DNA of 64,000 nucleotides. Source: Candidatus Udaeobacter sp. (lineage in GTDB: Bacteria > Patescibacteriota > Patescibacteriia > Magasanikbacterales > GWA2-37-8). The DNA lies in assembly GCA_035473115.1 (NCBI GenBank), contig DATION010000006.1, positions 64,521 through 128,520 of the forward strand. The letters run 5' to 3'. The translations under genes and the position numbers were made by a program. The notes beneath the pieces are model-generated. The model had not been told where the DNA came from and searched no databases. It saw only the letters and a list, made by a program, of their open reading frames with translations. Shown in pieces: positions 20,801 through 29,041 of the stretch. Within the stretch, counting starts at the first letter, position 1, and each line of letters starts with the position of its first letter.

Positions 20801-21572
20801 AGATCTTTATTTAAACGGCGCCGGACCATATATTATTTTCCCTTACGAAGATAAAGTTGGCAACAATGACGGTTTTGATTTAGTGTCCAATTCATTTAAT
20901 AATACTTTATTGCCGGCCTCTCCTGCTGGCGGTTACTTTAATTTCCGTTCTTATTATTGTGCCGACAGCGGCAGCTTTGGCACAACCGATGATTTGCCGT
21001 ATTTGCGTCCAGCCGTGCAAGTCTCAAATTCAGTTGTCGCCGATAGTCCGACTTCCAGTTTAAAGAGATTTATTTTCACCAATGACAAAAATAATGATGC
21101 TATCGGTATTGCCGTCTTCTCTAATCCAAACCACTTAACAGTGGCCCAGTGGTTTGCCAATGATCAGGCTTTGGGCGGAAGAGGATTTAGCGGCAATATG
21201 CAAACTACCAAAATAGATGGTTATGATGCCTTAACCGACGGTAATAATATTTATGTAGATGCGCTCAACTATTCCGATATTCCGCCGCATAATATCTATT
21301 CCAATATTTATCTCTTTAGCATCAGCGCCAATGCTCAGCCGGAAACTAGAAAAGTGTTTGAGCAGATGATGCAAAATTTAAGTTTCAATGTCAACCTGAC
21401 CAATTACGGTTACTGCGGACAGACAATGGCTAATCCGGGGGCATCAACTACCTGTCAAACCGATTTAGATTGTTCGGGAGGAGAAGTCTGTTCGGTGCAG
21501 ATAGATAAGCTAAAAAGAAATTATCGCCGCTTAAGAGATCTGAATGAAATTCAAAGTTTATTGGGTTTATAA
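14805..21572 (+). CDS. Giant pilin-anchored surface protein (2255 aa): pilin, Big_5, IPT/TIG repeats, Myxococcus-type Cys-rich repeats
   Basis: Pilin domain paralogous to the previous gene; repeated VSP..G..G..V.I.G.NFG (IPT); repeated CGNGxVExGExCD; GTGA overlap with upstream stop. Confidence 0.85.
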   Translation: MTFIKNKKIIMLALFAVLLTGSLFFVKDFSLAQTTSTVDLGLSPVGPALGLPSTDIRLVVARIIRVAFGVLGTLALVLILYAGYLWMTAGGDEDKISQSKKIIFNAAIGLAIILSAYAIATFVINKLVEATTGNVGGTGQNGGPGDNPFLPPGIFYIDSLPQGGQMCVRNVHLAVSFNRDVDFLTLNDNIVVTKKNSNVPEPGEWELLSDTTASFAPKGDCGSGPADCLAPSTDYVLHFTNPSAIKTKDGKATLNCSVKAGCGDVQFTTGEGVDRERPQIKIEPIADDLLRVGSVVPVVVSYTDDNGVQKIDLFSDNFFFGSQAIAGCHKTGSVTVNWPTVNISSGQHILKADGYDWSALKDSTSTSVSLLPQHCFDNSLQTDLGEVKVGPPACGGECGGCAGSSCSNNSQCASGFCDQTVGKCVDKMRISGVSPLSGGPGTFVSISGNYFGNVPGKVFIGSVQAPLADCGFGAWKPWQIIVEVPAGGVSGPISVETAADTAGNKFTDATNDNFGPVISDFQVNSTIRPGLCNIVPENGLPGAEVSLTGKRFGISTGQVFFGEQSSLVSPINWTDSFIKARVPLLSAEPVGVKVVQNNLESNSVKFFVNQGLSGTVPFVSSVTPDQGGRGEYITITGNNFGSQLGRVSFAENINGQPGEAIDGDFAFPPGCQTTWTDKQIIVKFPVLKGTVGKSYFVQVRPADASLGWSPIGPVFNLSTAAATPGICSIDPVSGPVPFALNAPDMQIIGENFGSSPQVYFWAVNGSANSVSGRILATTTAITTLGVGQVIHTRPPAGTMSGPVVVVRTPENKMSNSQNFSVVNCVKNNNTCANPNTHCCLTGVESGACKPNNELCEGETLSAGYIWRFSTKDIPKVPRVVERCDNNTDLGLNLPSPSPSAAWDGNAGGAHHNVCRSADLTVEFNLPTINKISRSNLVVNECDANGADETNRTCNVVGQVILSGTGDFIPQPSTENNVYLKLSPNSSYNNGKWKDNTWYQVVLRSGITAGSGTSTAFLAKDIPCGGDSAYCFVFRSGAEDCQMKQVIITPYSYFTSVLEAPMKHRSFVGDEGEDVVYNGNGLSTQHCIVMDTAGFSWAWGTKNKYYADIFSANNSVAKVSALANTVGVGLTNPNNAVNITATATLGSANYLGSSPLVIDLNNPEVVDFWPNCLAACTDAEVGVRFNTTMSNKNLPSGPVKLFKCNDENCLDVTAVPGFLDVVLDSAANYTVLKIANSGSGSLELLPNTVYKVVLSNTTTNINSPALLWSAAKLGDPTTFSKPYRKEFSWRFKTKADKCKISRVEVSPQSFFAEFINDKEVYTAQPFSSPDSCNPRGQKLNPWMVSWNWSSSLPVVAQVTTFSTKGNNSYCTLDCIRKGSSVAIGTAPVPVCGNGIVEAGEDCDTPNKNAGCGLNCLRLGNTTATCGNGIVEPNLGETCDGGDASSTVGCSSVCLRSGSSQNTPATSVNASICGNGSVGSGEDCDLGIAASATLPTSAMGCAKNCLHLGTALSNNWCFNNSVSFGGFSEAEFNTACKGAISQCGDGVTSPDEDAGCDLGGGNKSAKCNDFCLNNTSVNSECVAGDPGCDQNSQHLGSSLLYNNPSSCGDGQVGIGEDAFCETNLPNTHVGFNPWSLVTGVGMGSTSGVPPTQQTDISANTSQQTIGGSIGDKGKFIIPCGFKTDQQCQARLGNDWGVGDNGCCSLRPKLLKVFPGSTSTVQANVCPNTSIKATFDQEIDENSLRDNIIVARGLGTSSTASCVGTQDVSDLVALNLQNNLPWYKKIFATVSNFFKNLFGQDADASHTATQSVKWCAGEDSGRAEITVVSSTLNTITFKLEKPLAFDTDYFVALKDGIRSKQGISIGKDNTTGKPLSWKFITGTKICEIDNMSVDAPQVYLNKFGATSTLNAHVYNVNGAEIQSLPGYYAWDYFWQPVSNPYVNLQAVSSSLNNISAQNHNGEIDLRASAIITSNIYSSQSGVAATGKSHAIVFLCENPWPPKDLYLNGAGPYIIFPYEDKVGNNDGFDLVSNSFNNTLLPASPAGGYFNFRSYYCADSGSFGTTDDLPYLRPAVQVSNSVVADSPTSSLKRFIFTNDKNNDAIGIAVFSNPNHLTVAQWFANDQALGGRGFSGNMQTTKIDGYDALTDGNNIYVDALNYSDIPPHNIYSNIYLFSISANAQPETRKVFEQMMQNLSFNVNLTNYGYCGQTMANPGASTTCQTDLDCSGGEVCSVQIDKLKRNYRRLRDLNEIQSLLGL

Positions 21573-21609
21573 GCAATCTATAATTAAAAATTAAGAATCA
21601 GCAAAAAAT

Positions 21610-21620
21610 TGTGGTATAAT
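21610..21620 (+). promoter_or_regulatory. Extended -10 promoter, probably giving a leaderless mRNA
   Basis: TGTGGTATAAT ends 6 nt before the ATG at 21627. Confidence 0.6.
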
Positions 21621-21626
21621 ATCTAT

Positions 21627-24600
21627 ATGTTGAAAAGAAAAAAAATACTCCTTTCTTTGTTAATAATAGTGGCAGCACTTAGTTTTTTAGTTTATCAAAA
21701 AGTCAGAGCTGCCAATGCCCCGGCTCTTAAAGAAGGAACTTATTTAACTGGCCAAACTCTAAGCGTCTGGCCATCATGGTCATTACTGAGCAATGCTCTT
21801 GGAGTTACTTTACCAACAGATCCTATCAATCAACTGGCTACAGCTGGGACTTGTGCCACTACTACCAACAGATTTTGTACAGCCGATAATCAGTGTCCGG
21901 CTGGTGAAGCCTGTGTTTTGCATGATCCGGAAACTGGCTGGAGTGTAGCTGATAGACGTTTTACCTTTGCTTGTTCCAAAGATTCTTATGCTTATCGCTA
22001 TTTTGCTTCCACCACGCCCGGCGCTTTTACAGTACGAGCTCACTTTGAAGATCCGGGGATTGCTCCGGGTAATTTCAATAGTTTTGTAGCCAGTTTTGTC
22101 AGTACTAGCATTGTTAAAATAAATGACAGCAGCGGTATCTGTAATTTTGATCAGGAAATTTCTTCTATCCAATCCGGTACTTGCGGCGATGGCAAATTAA
22201 ATTTAAACAAAGGCGAGCAATGTGACCCTCCGGGCAGAATTGAATACGCTAATGGCTGTGTGGGCAGTATTAAAAATTTAAATGTTTGCAGTAAAACTTG
22301 CCAGTGGACTCCATCTACAACGTTATGCAGTAATTTAAGTAAATGCGGCAACGGCTCGGTAGAGTTCGGAGAAACTTGCGATGACGGAAATTTAAATGGA
22401 AAGTATAATCACTGCAATACAACTTGTAATGGTGTTAGCGCTCTCGGAAAATGCGGCGACAACGTTTTGCAATCAGCTTATGAAGTTTGCGATCCGGGTA
22501 CACCGGGAAAAGAAAAGTATGCCACCAGTAAAGCAGCTTCTTGTAGTTGGGATTGTCAGAGTTTTGGCCCATACTGCGACGATAATACTGTTCAGTCTTC
22601 ATATGGAGAAGAGTGTGATGGTTCCCAAACTTGTTCGATCGATGGTAAACCAGGAACAAGGATTTGCAATGGCTGTTTGAAAAAAGATGATGATGCTGTG
22701 GCTTGGTGGCGCTTTGAGCAGCTAACAACTTCTGGACAAACAGGCCAGACAACTGATGGATCTATAAATGGTAATACTGCAACTTGCAGTATGGCAACTT
22801 GTCCTACAGTAGACAATGGAAAGTATGGTCATGATTTCATTTTTTCTAAAAATTCCGGCAATAGTAGCAATGCTAATGTAGATTCTTTTGCCGCCAATAA
22901 TGGTGATCCGGTGATAATAGATACTAACCCAGGTCCGTCTGGAAATACAACAAATTTAGTTGATCCTCATTTTTTAACTGTGTCTAATAGCCAGAGTCTT
23001 AATCCAATTAGTTCATTAACTGTTGAAGCCTGGATTTTTCCAACAGATATCAATGCTTTGTACCAGAGAATTATAGAAAAAGGCGGACCAGGAACAGGCA
23101 AAGGTTATGATTTAGAATTTAATTTATCTGCCACAGCTCATACGGTACGCTTTAATTTATGGAATGGAACACAAACTTCAGTAGATTCAAATAGTCAGAT
23201 CCCTCTTAATACCTGGACTCATATAGTTGGTACTTACACCAGAAGCGGCAACTCAAATATTATTAAGATTTATATTAACGGAGTTTTAGAAAATACAGTT
23301 ACAAACAGCAGTGCTGTGCCATCTATGGCCAAAGATGCGGGTAATTTAGCAATTGGCAAATCTGCCACCATTAGTGATAATTTTTTCTTTGGCAGCTTAG
23401 ACGAAGTAAAAATTTATAATCGCGCTTTATTAGCTTCCGAAGTGCAAAATAATTTTCAGAGCGGCTGGTTTTGCGCAGCTACTACTACTCCGGAAAGCTT
23501 GCCTGCCAGTGTTGGTAAATGCGGTGATGGTGTTATAAATATAAATGAAGTCTGTGATTCAGGCACAGGCAGTGTAGTAGATACAATCCCGGGTCCTTTA
23601 GGAACTCCAACAAGTCCGGGTATGTTCTCGATTAATTCAGCCGGCGGTAAAAAAATTACAGTTCATGAAAATGTTATTAGTACTACAGGTTGTTTTTCTG
23701 ATAACGCTACCGGTCGGGCGGCTTGTTCATCTAATTCTTGGGATTATAAAATTCCTTTTGATCAAGCGGGCAAGTATAGAGTTAAGTTTATTACTTCTAA
23801 TTACACTCAAAACTTAACTAGTAGTTCGTTTTCTAATGACCACTCCGAAGCTTTTTGTTCAGCTCCGGGTATTCAGCATCATATTGTAGTTTCTTTAGAC
23901 GGTGTAAAAGTAGGGGAGGACTGTGTGAATGCGGATTCTGCTCCTCAACATAGCCAGGCTTTTGATTTCAATATTAATTCATCAGGAAATCACACCTTAT
24001 CATTAGCTTGGGATAATGACTGGTATGCTCCTAATTTTTATGGCCCTAACTCAGCTGCTGATTCAAATATAAATATAAATAAAATTGAATTGATTCAAGG
24101 TGTCAGTAATGGCGAGCCTTGTGTACCAACTTATGGAAAGCCATGTGCTTATTGCGCAGCTGATTGTCAAAACACTATTGATGTTCAGCCTTTGCAGTAC
24201 TGCGGCAATGGAATTATTGAAGGCTCAGAAAGATGTGAAGTGGCCAATAATTTTATTTATAGCCCCACTTCTACTCCTGGTCGCACTGTGTCCACAAAAG
24301 ATGCGGCTTATAATGGCTACCGAGAATTAGCTTGCGCCAATGAGCCGGCTGCGCCTCATACTATAAATAAGGGTATCAAAACTTGCGCTAGCTGTGCTGC
24401 GGGCGTAGTTAGAAATTGTGTCAAATGTGGTCCTGATGTTAATGGCGTAAAAGTAAATGGCGGCATAATAAATGTTTTAGATAATCCGATCATAGATAAG
24501 GCTAGCAGTATTTCTCAAGATCCTCTTTTTATTAAAAAAGTTGCTGCTGGCGTTGGGCTTAGTTTGTCAGTCAGTTTATGCAAAAGCCCGGCTGGAGCAT

Positions 24601-26111
24601 TATTATGTTCAAGTTTAGTTGATCCGTTGTCGCCACTAGTGGCAGTTGCTCTAAAAAATATTAACTCAGATCCAATTTCTTATGTTCTGGGTGATTTACC
24701 AAGTAGTGGAGCCAATCCGGCGCTGCTTAGCAGTGATCCGGTATGTTCTGTCAGCGACACCTTTAATGATAAGTACCAGCTATATGTTAACAGCGATTGG
24801 ACTCGGCCATTAAATTTCCCGGTAGTGGCCGAACCGCAATCTTCACAGTATGATTTAGTTTTATCACCGGTTGTTTCTAAGACCAATCGTCCAAAAGATT
24901 TGCGAGTAGTGGTAAGCTGGATTGGTTCCGGTGATCTTTATAGTGGAGTTTTAAATCCATTTTTACCTAATCCGCAAACTGTTCCGCCAACTAGTCCGCA
25001 AATAGAAGGCGCTAACTTTTATGATGGTTCATCTTATCAATATGCTACAGGCGTAAATTATTATAATTCTCCGGATATCTTTAAAAAATTTGCTGTTTGG
25101 TATCATGGTTTTAATTTTACACCTGGCCAGACTATGAGTGAGGCTTTTACCCTTGATACTTCAGCTATGTCCGGCAATACCTATTCTTTTTATGTTCGTT
25201 CTCCAAGTTTCCCAATCAGAATCTTTAGAGGCACAGCCAAATTAAAAGCAGAGGTTTATTTGCCGGAAGATGATAATAATCAATATCATTTTGGCACGCC
25301 ACTAAAGACCTATTATCTTTCTTTTGCGACCCCTTCGGATAATCAAAATGCTCGTTATTGGCAAGTGTTTAATGTCAACCAACCACTACCATCTGCAGGT
25401 TTGGCAGCCTCAGATATTTTAGATATCAATGCCATAGTAAGCAGTCCGGATCGTTTTGTCTATAATAATCCGCTTATTCCTAATGCTACCTGCACAGACC
25501 TGGATTGGAGCAGATCGCCAAGCGCCACTCCTGCTTGCCCTGCATCCGGTTCATGGACTTATAACTGGACAAAGATAACCAATTGTGTCAATGGAGTAAA
25601 GCACCCGCCTGTAGAAGTGATAGCTTGTCCGATTTGCACAGCTGCTGACTGGGTCAGATCTCCGGCTACCAATCCGCCTACCTGTCCGCCATCCGGAGCT
25701 TGGACAATTAATTGGACAAAGATAGGAAATTGTACGGCTGGAGTTCAACATCAGCCTGTAGAAACTATTGGCTGCAAGCCATGCACAGATGCTGACTGGA
25801 CCAGTAGCCCTACCTATAATTCTAATTGTACTCAAGTTGGCACTGTTGTTTATACTTGGACAAAGATAGGGCAGTGCACTGGCGGTGTAACACATGTATC
25901 GCCTCAATCAGTTACCTGCAGAGCTTGTACAGGGGCTGATTATCAGAGATTCCCTGCCGTTGATCCGCCGTGTATTGAGCCGGAAGGTTGGCCAGTTACA
26001 TGGGTAAAAACAGCGAATTGTGCGGATGTAAATCGTCCTGTAGATTTATTTTGTAATTGCATACCAGATGAAAATGCGAGAAGGTATATTGTCAGATGTA
26101 GAGCAAATTAA
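21627..26111 (+). CDS. Large secreted protein: Cys-rich repeats, LamG/ConA-like domain, CBM-like insert, C-terminal TSP1-like repeats
   Basis: Signal peptide ending VRA; CGDG/CGNG repeats; LamG motifs AWWRFE, LTVEAWI, WTHIVGTY, IYING, GSLDEVKIYNRAL. Confidence 0.85.
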   Translation: MLKRKKILLSLLIIVAALSFLVYQKVRAANAPALKEGTYLTGQTLSVWPSWSLLSNALGVTLPTDPINQLATAGTCATTTNRFCTADNQCPAGEACVLHDPETGWSVADRRFTFACSKDSYAYRYFASTTPGAFTVRAHFEDPGIAPGNFNSFVASFVSTSIVKINDSSGICNFDQEISSIQSGTCGDGKLNLNKGEQCDPPGRIEYANGCVGSIKNLNVCSKTCQWTPSTTLCSNLSKCGNGSVEFGETCDDGNLNGKYNHCNTTCNGVSALGKCGDNVLQSAYEVCDPGTPGKEKYATSKAASCSWDCQSFGPYCDDNTVQSSYGEECDGSQTCSIDGKPGTRICNGCLKKDDDAVAWWRFEQLTTSGQTGQTTDGSINGNTATCSMATCPTVDNGKYGHDFIFSKNSGNSSNANVDSFAANNGDPVIIDTNPGPSGNTTNLVDPHFLTVSNSQSLNPISSLTVEAWIFPTDINALYQRIIEKGGPGTGKGYDLEFNLSATAHTVRFNLWNGTQTSVDSNSQIPLNTWTHIVGTYTRSGNSNIIKIYINGVLENTVTNSSAVPSMAKDAGNLAIGKSATISDNFFFGSLDEVKIYNRALLASEVQNNFQSGWFCAATTTPESLPASVGKCGDGVININEVCDSGTGSVVDTIPGPLGTPTSPGMFSINSAGGKKITVHENVISTTGCFSDNATGRAACSSNSWDYKIPFDQAGKYRVKFITSNYTQNLTSSSFSNDHSEAFCSAPGIQHHIVVSLDGVKVGEDCVNADSAPQHSQAFDFNINSSGNHTLSLAWDNDWYAPNFYGPNSAADSNININKIELIQGVSNGEPCVPTYGKPCAYCAADCQNTIDVQPLQYCGNGIIEGSERCEVANNFIYSPTSTPGRTVSTKDAAYNGYRELACANEPAAPHTINKGIKTCASCAAGVVRNCVKCGPDVNGVKVNGGIINVLDNPIIDKASSISQDPLFIKKVAAGVGLSLSVSLCKSPAGALLCSSLVDPLSPLVAVALKNINSDPISYVLGDLPSSGANPALLSSDPVCSVSDTFNDKYQLYVNSDWTRPLNFPVVAEPQSSQYDLVLSPVVSKTNRPKDLRVVVSWIGSGDLYSGVLNPFLPNPQTVPPTSPQIEGANFYDGSSYQYATGVNYYNSPDIFKKFAVWYHGFNFTPGQTMSEAFTLDTSAMSGNTYSFYVRSPSFPIRIFRGTAKLKAEVYLPEDDNNQYHFGTPLKTYYLSFATPSDNQNARYWQVFNVNQPLPSAGLAASDILDINAIVSSPDRFVYNNPLIPNATCTDLDWSRSPSATPACPASGSWTYNWTKITNCVNGVKHPPVEVIACPICTAADWVRSPATNPPTCPPSGAWTINWTKIGNCTAGVQHQPVETIGCKPCTDADWTSSPTYNSNCTQVGTVVYTWTKIGQCTGGVTHVSPQSVTCRACTGADYQRFPAVDPPCIEPEGWPVTWVKTANCADVNRPVDLFCNCIPDENARRYIVRCRAN
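25491..26060 (+). repeat. Four tandem ~48-aa Cys/Trp repeats (in coding sequence)
   Basis: CTxxDW...C....WT..WTKI.NC..GV.H units starting at 25491, 25635, 25782 and 25926 (last one degenerate). Confidence 0.85.
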
Positions 26112-26127
26112 TTTGTAAAAATAAAAT

Positions 26128-26523
26128 ATGGGAGTAAGTAAAAAAATTATAATTTTATTAGTTATTATCTTGCTGATCGGAGCTGGTTTCTTTGCTTATA
26201 AAATATTTTATCCACTACTAATCGGCAAAAAAATATCAGTCCCATTACCAGCGCCTACTCAGCAACAAATAAGAGAACAAGAGTTTGGCGAAGCTATAAA
26301 GAAAGCAGCTGCTTCTGACCAAGATCTGGATGGAATTTCTGATACTGAAGAAACGACAAAATATAAAACAGATCCGATGTCTGCAGATACAGATAATGAC
26401 GGCTTAACGGATTATCAGGAAATTTTTGTTTTTAAAACCGATCCTTTAAAAGCAGATTCCGATGGCGATAGTTTTAATGATGGTTATGAAGTTCGTCGCG
26501 GGACAAACCCTAATAAAGTCTAA
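26128..26523 (+). CDS. Membrane-anchored protein with bacterial thrombospondin type-3 (Ca-binding) repeats
   Basis: N-terminal TM; DQDLDGISD, DTDNDGLTD, DSDGDSFND. Confidence 0.85.
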   Translation: MGVSKKIIILLVIILLIGAGFFAYKIFYPLLIGKKISVPLPAPTQQQIREQEFGEAIKKAAASDQDLDGISDTEETTKYKTDPMSADTDNDGLTDYQEIFVFKTDPLKADSDGDSFNDGYEVRRGTNPNKV

Positions 26524-26550
26524 GCTTTATCATTCATTTTTGTAAATTGT

Positions 26551-27405
26551 ATGTTTGACGATCAAATGCAAAACTCGGGAACGCCTAAAAATTTACCGGT
26601 TGAGCCAACGGATATATTTGCTGGTGTGGAAAAAGATGGCGGCATATCGCCAATGACGCAAACACCAGATGCTTTGGCCGCCGGCTTGTTAAAGAAAAAA
26701 ACTGAACCTGCTAGTTCGCCATACGCATCAGTAGAAAATAATGGAATGATTTTTCAAAATGACAGCAAACTAAGCGCTCCAACAGTAGGAAAAATATTTT
26801 TATTTTTAGCAGCTTTCTTATTGCTAGGCGGTTTATTTTACGGCGGTTGGCGTTTTTATCAGAGCAAAAATGTTTCACCAGTTAATAATGTGCCGGCAGT
26901 TTCGCCAGTCAGTCAGCAGCCGGCTAACCAAAGTCCTGTTCCGCAAACTGTTAATAATACTACTAGCATAGCCGCCAGCAGCTCTCCTTCAACCAGTATT
27001 CCGGCGCAAATTAACAACGATCAAATTTTGTTTGGTCAAGGAGTAGATCGTGATAAAGATGGGTTAGATGACGTACGCGAAAAACAGTTAGGAACTGATC
27101 CTTTAAAATCAGACACAGATGGTGATGGTCTAAGCGATGGAGATGAAGTCATTATCTATAAAACTAATCCATTAGTTGCCGATACTGACGGAGACGGATT
27201 AAGTGATGGTGATGAAGCGCTAATTTGGCATTCTAATCCTTTAAATAAAGATACCGACGGTGACAGTTATCTTGATGGAGAAGAGATCAGAAATGGTTAT
27301 AGCCCAATCGGACCAGGCAAACTTTTTAGCAGTTCTTCTACAGCTTCCGGCAATACTACTTCTACACCTGGTGGAAAAAGCACATCATCAAGCCTTAAAA
27401 AATAA
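26551..27405 (+). CDS. Bitopic membrane protein with TSP3-like Ca-binding repeats
   Basis: TM, S/P/T linker, DRDKDGLDD, DTDGDGLSDGDE twice, DTDGDSYLDGEE. Confidence 0.85.
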   Translation: MFDDQMQNSGTPKNLPVEPTDIFAGVEKDGGISPMTQTPDALAAGLLKKKTEPASSPYASVENNGMIFQNDSKLSAPTVGKIFLFLAAFLLLGGLFYGGWRFYQSKNVSPVNNVPAVSPVSQQPANQSPVPQTVNNTTSIAASSSPSTSIPAQINNDQILFGQGVDRDKDGLDDVREKQLGTDPLKSDTDGDGLSDGDEVIIYKTNPLVADTDGDGLSDGDEALIWHSNPLNKDTDGDSYLDGEEIRNGYSPIGPGKLFSSSSTASGNTTSTPGGKSTSSSLKK

Positions 27406-27407
27406 TT

Positions 27408-28574
27408 ATGTTTGGAAAAAAAACAGGAATTGATTCTGAGAAAGATCTAGCGGGTCATTCACAGGCTGGGGATAGGAGTACTATCAATGTACAGACAATC
27501 CCGGCTGATTTTTATGGCGGAGTTAACCCGGTAGTTAAGTTCAAAAAAGTTGAAAAGGAAATAGCTTTAGGCTCAAAACCAAAGTTGACTGATTCAGAAA
27601 AGAAAATTTTTGATCAAAGTACTGCCGCGGGCAGCGGTTCAATTTTGCATCCGGCCAATATTTTTACTAGCAAAAAATATGCTTGGCTCGTTGGGTCCGG
27701 ACTTTTTATAGTGATTTTAGCCGGTGTTGGCGGGTATTATTATTGGCAGATTAAACAGCAGCAAACAAAAATTTTTTCTCCGCCTCAGCCTAAAATTAGT
27801 GTTACGACTTCCACAGAGTCTGTTCCGGAAACTGTTGTCGCCACAGATCAGCCGGTAGTTTCTCCAACCACCACTTTACCATCTTTGGCCGAAGCGCCAA
27901 TTGAATTTCCTTCATCTTTATTAGGGGATAGTCCGGATTTGGATAAAGATAATCTAACCGACGCGACGGAAGAATTGTTTGGTTCCGATCCAAGTAAATC
28001 AGATACTGATGAGGATACTTATAACGATGGGCATGAAGTTTTTTATTTATATAACCCGGTCGGCAAAGAGCCAAAAAAGGTTATTGATTCAGGCTATATC
28101 AAAGACTACGGCAATCCGTTGCTGGGTTATAAAATTTTTTATCCGGCAACTTGGGCTGTAGGCAATACAGATGAAACCTATCGTGATGTTTTATTTAGTT
28201 CTATAACCGGTGAAAATATAGAAGTAAGAGTCTTTGACAAGCAGCCAAACCAAACATTTTCTGATTGGTTTGCTTTGTACGCTCCAAACGAACGCTACCA
28301 AAATTTGGTTGATTTTCAAACCAGATTCGGAGAAAAGGGCAAGAGTCGAACTGATAATTTAGTTTATTATTTTACCGATAATAACCATGTGTATGTTTTG
28401 GTTTATCACACCACAGATTCTAACACGGTTAATTTTCGATCGGTTATGGTTATGATAGCTAGAAGTTTTAGATCAGCCGGGTTCGTGCCTTTAGAAAATT
28501 TAACACCGCCAAGTCAGGAAGCTAATTTGCCAGACGAAATGCCGTCAGCTGTGGTGAGCTCTAGTCTTAAATAG
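27408..28574 (+). CDS. Bitopic membrane protein with TSP3-like repeats and a PsbP-like C-terminal domain
   Basis: TM; DLDKDNLTD, DTDEDTYNDG; YGNPLLGYKIFYPATW resembles a PsbP-fold start (inference). Confidence 0.75.
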   Translation: MFGKKTGIDSEKDLAGHSQAGDRSTINVQTIPADFYGGVNPVVKFKKVEKEIALGSKPKLTDSEKKIFDQSTAAGSGSILHPANIFTSKKYAWLVGSGLFIVILAGVGGYYYWQIKQQQTKIFSPPQPKISVTTSTESVPETVVATDQPVVSPTTTLPSLAEAPIEFPSSLLGDSPDLDKDNLTDATEELFGSDPSKSDTDEDTYNDGHEVFYLYNPVGKEPKKVIDSGYIKDYGNPLLGYKIFYPATWAVGNTDETYRDVLFSSITGENIEVRVFDKQPNQTFSDWFALYAPNERYQNLVDFQTRFGEKGKSRTDNLVYYFTDNNHVYVLVYHTTDSNTVNFRSVMVMIARSFRSAGFVPLENLTPPSQEANLPDEMPSAVVSSSLK

Positions 28575-28579
28575 TCCTT

Positions 28580-29032
28580 ATGTTATCAATAGATTTTAAT
28601 AAACGGGTGCGTTGTTCATGGGCTAGAAAAGATATCGAAGCTATATTTAAAATAATTCAGAAGAAAGTAAAAATTAATTCTGCTAAAAATAATAAATCCG
28701 AGCCAATAGAATTAGAAATTAATATTGTTGATGATAAAGAAATTAAGGATTTAAATTTTAGATACAGAGGATTAAAAAAAGTTACCGATGTGCTTTCTTT
28801 TGCTTGGCAAGAAGATGGAATTATCAAAACTGATAGTCTGGGGCAGATATATATATGTTATCCGCAGATTGTGCGTCAGGCCAAAGAGCTGTCCATTAAA
28901 TCCAAAGAAGAATTTGTGAGAATGTTGGCGCATGGATTTTTACATATCATCGGCTATGATCATGTAAAAAAGAAGGATGCTGTTATAATGTTTGGAATTC
29001 AGGAAGAAATCGTCGCTGAATATTTTGCTTAA
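28580..29032 (+). CDS. ybeY: rRNA maturation endoribonuclease YbeY
   Basis: LNFRYRG..KVTDVLSF, HGFLHIIGYDH. Confidence 0.96.
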   Translation: MLSIDFNKRVRCSWARKDIEAIFKIIQKKVKINSAKNNKSEPIELEINIVDDKEIKDLNFRYRGLKKVTDVLSFAWQEDGIIKTDSLGQIYICYPQIVRQAKELSIKSKEEFVRMLAHGFLHIIGYDHVKKKDAVIMFGIQEEIVAEYFA

Positions 29033-29041
29033 GAAGTTATT

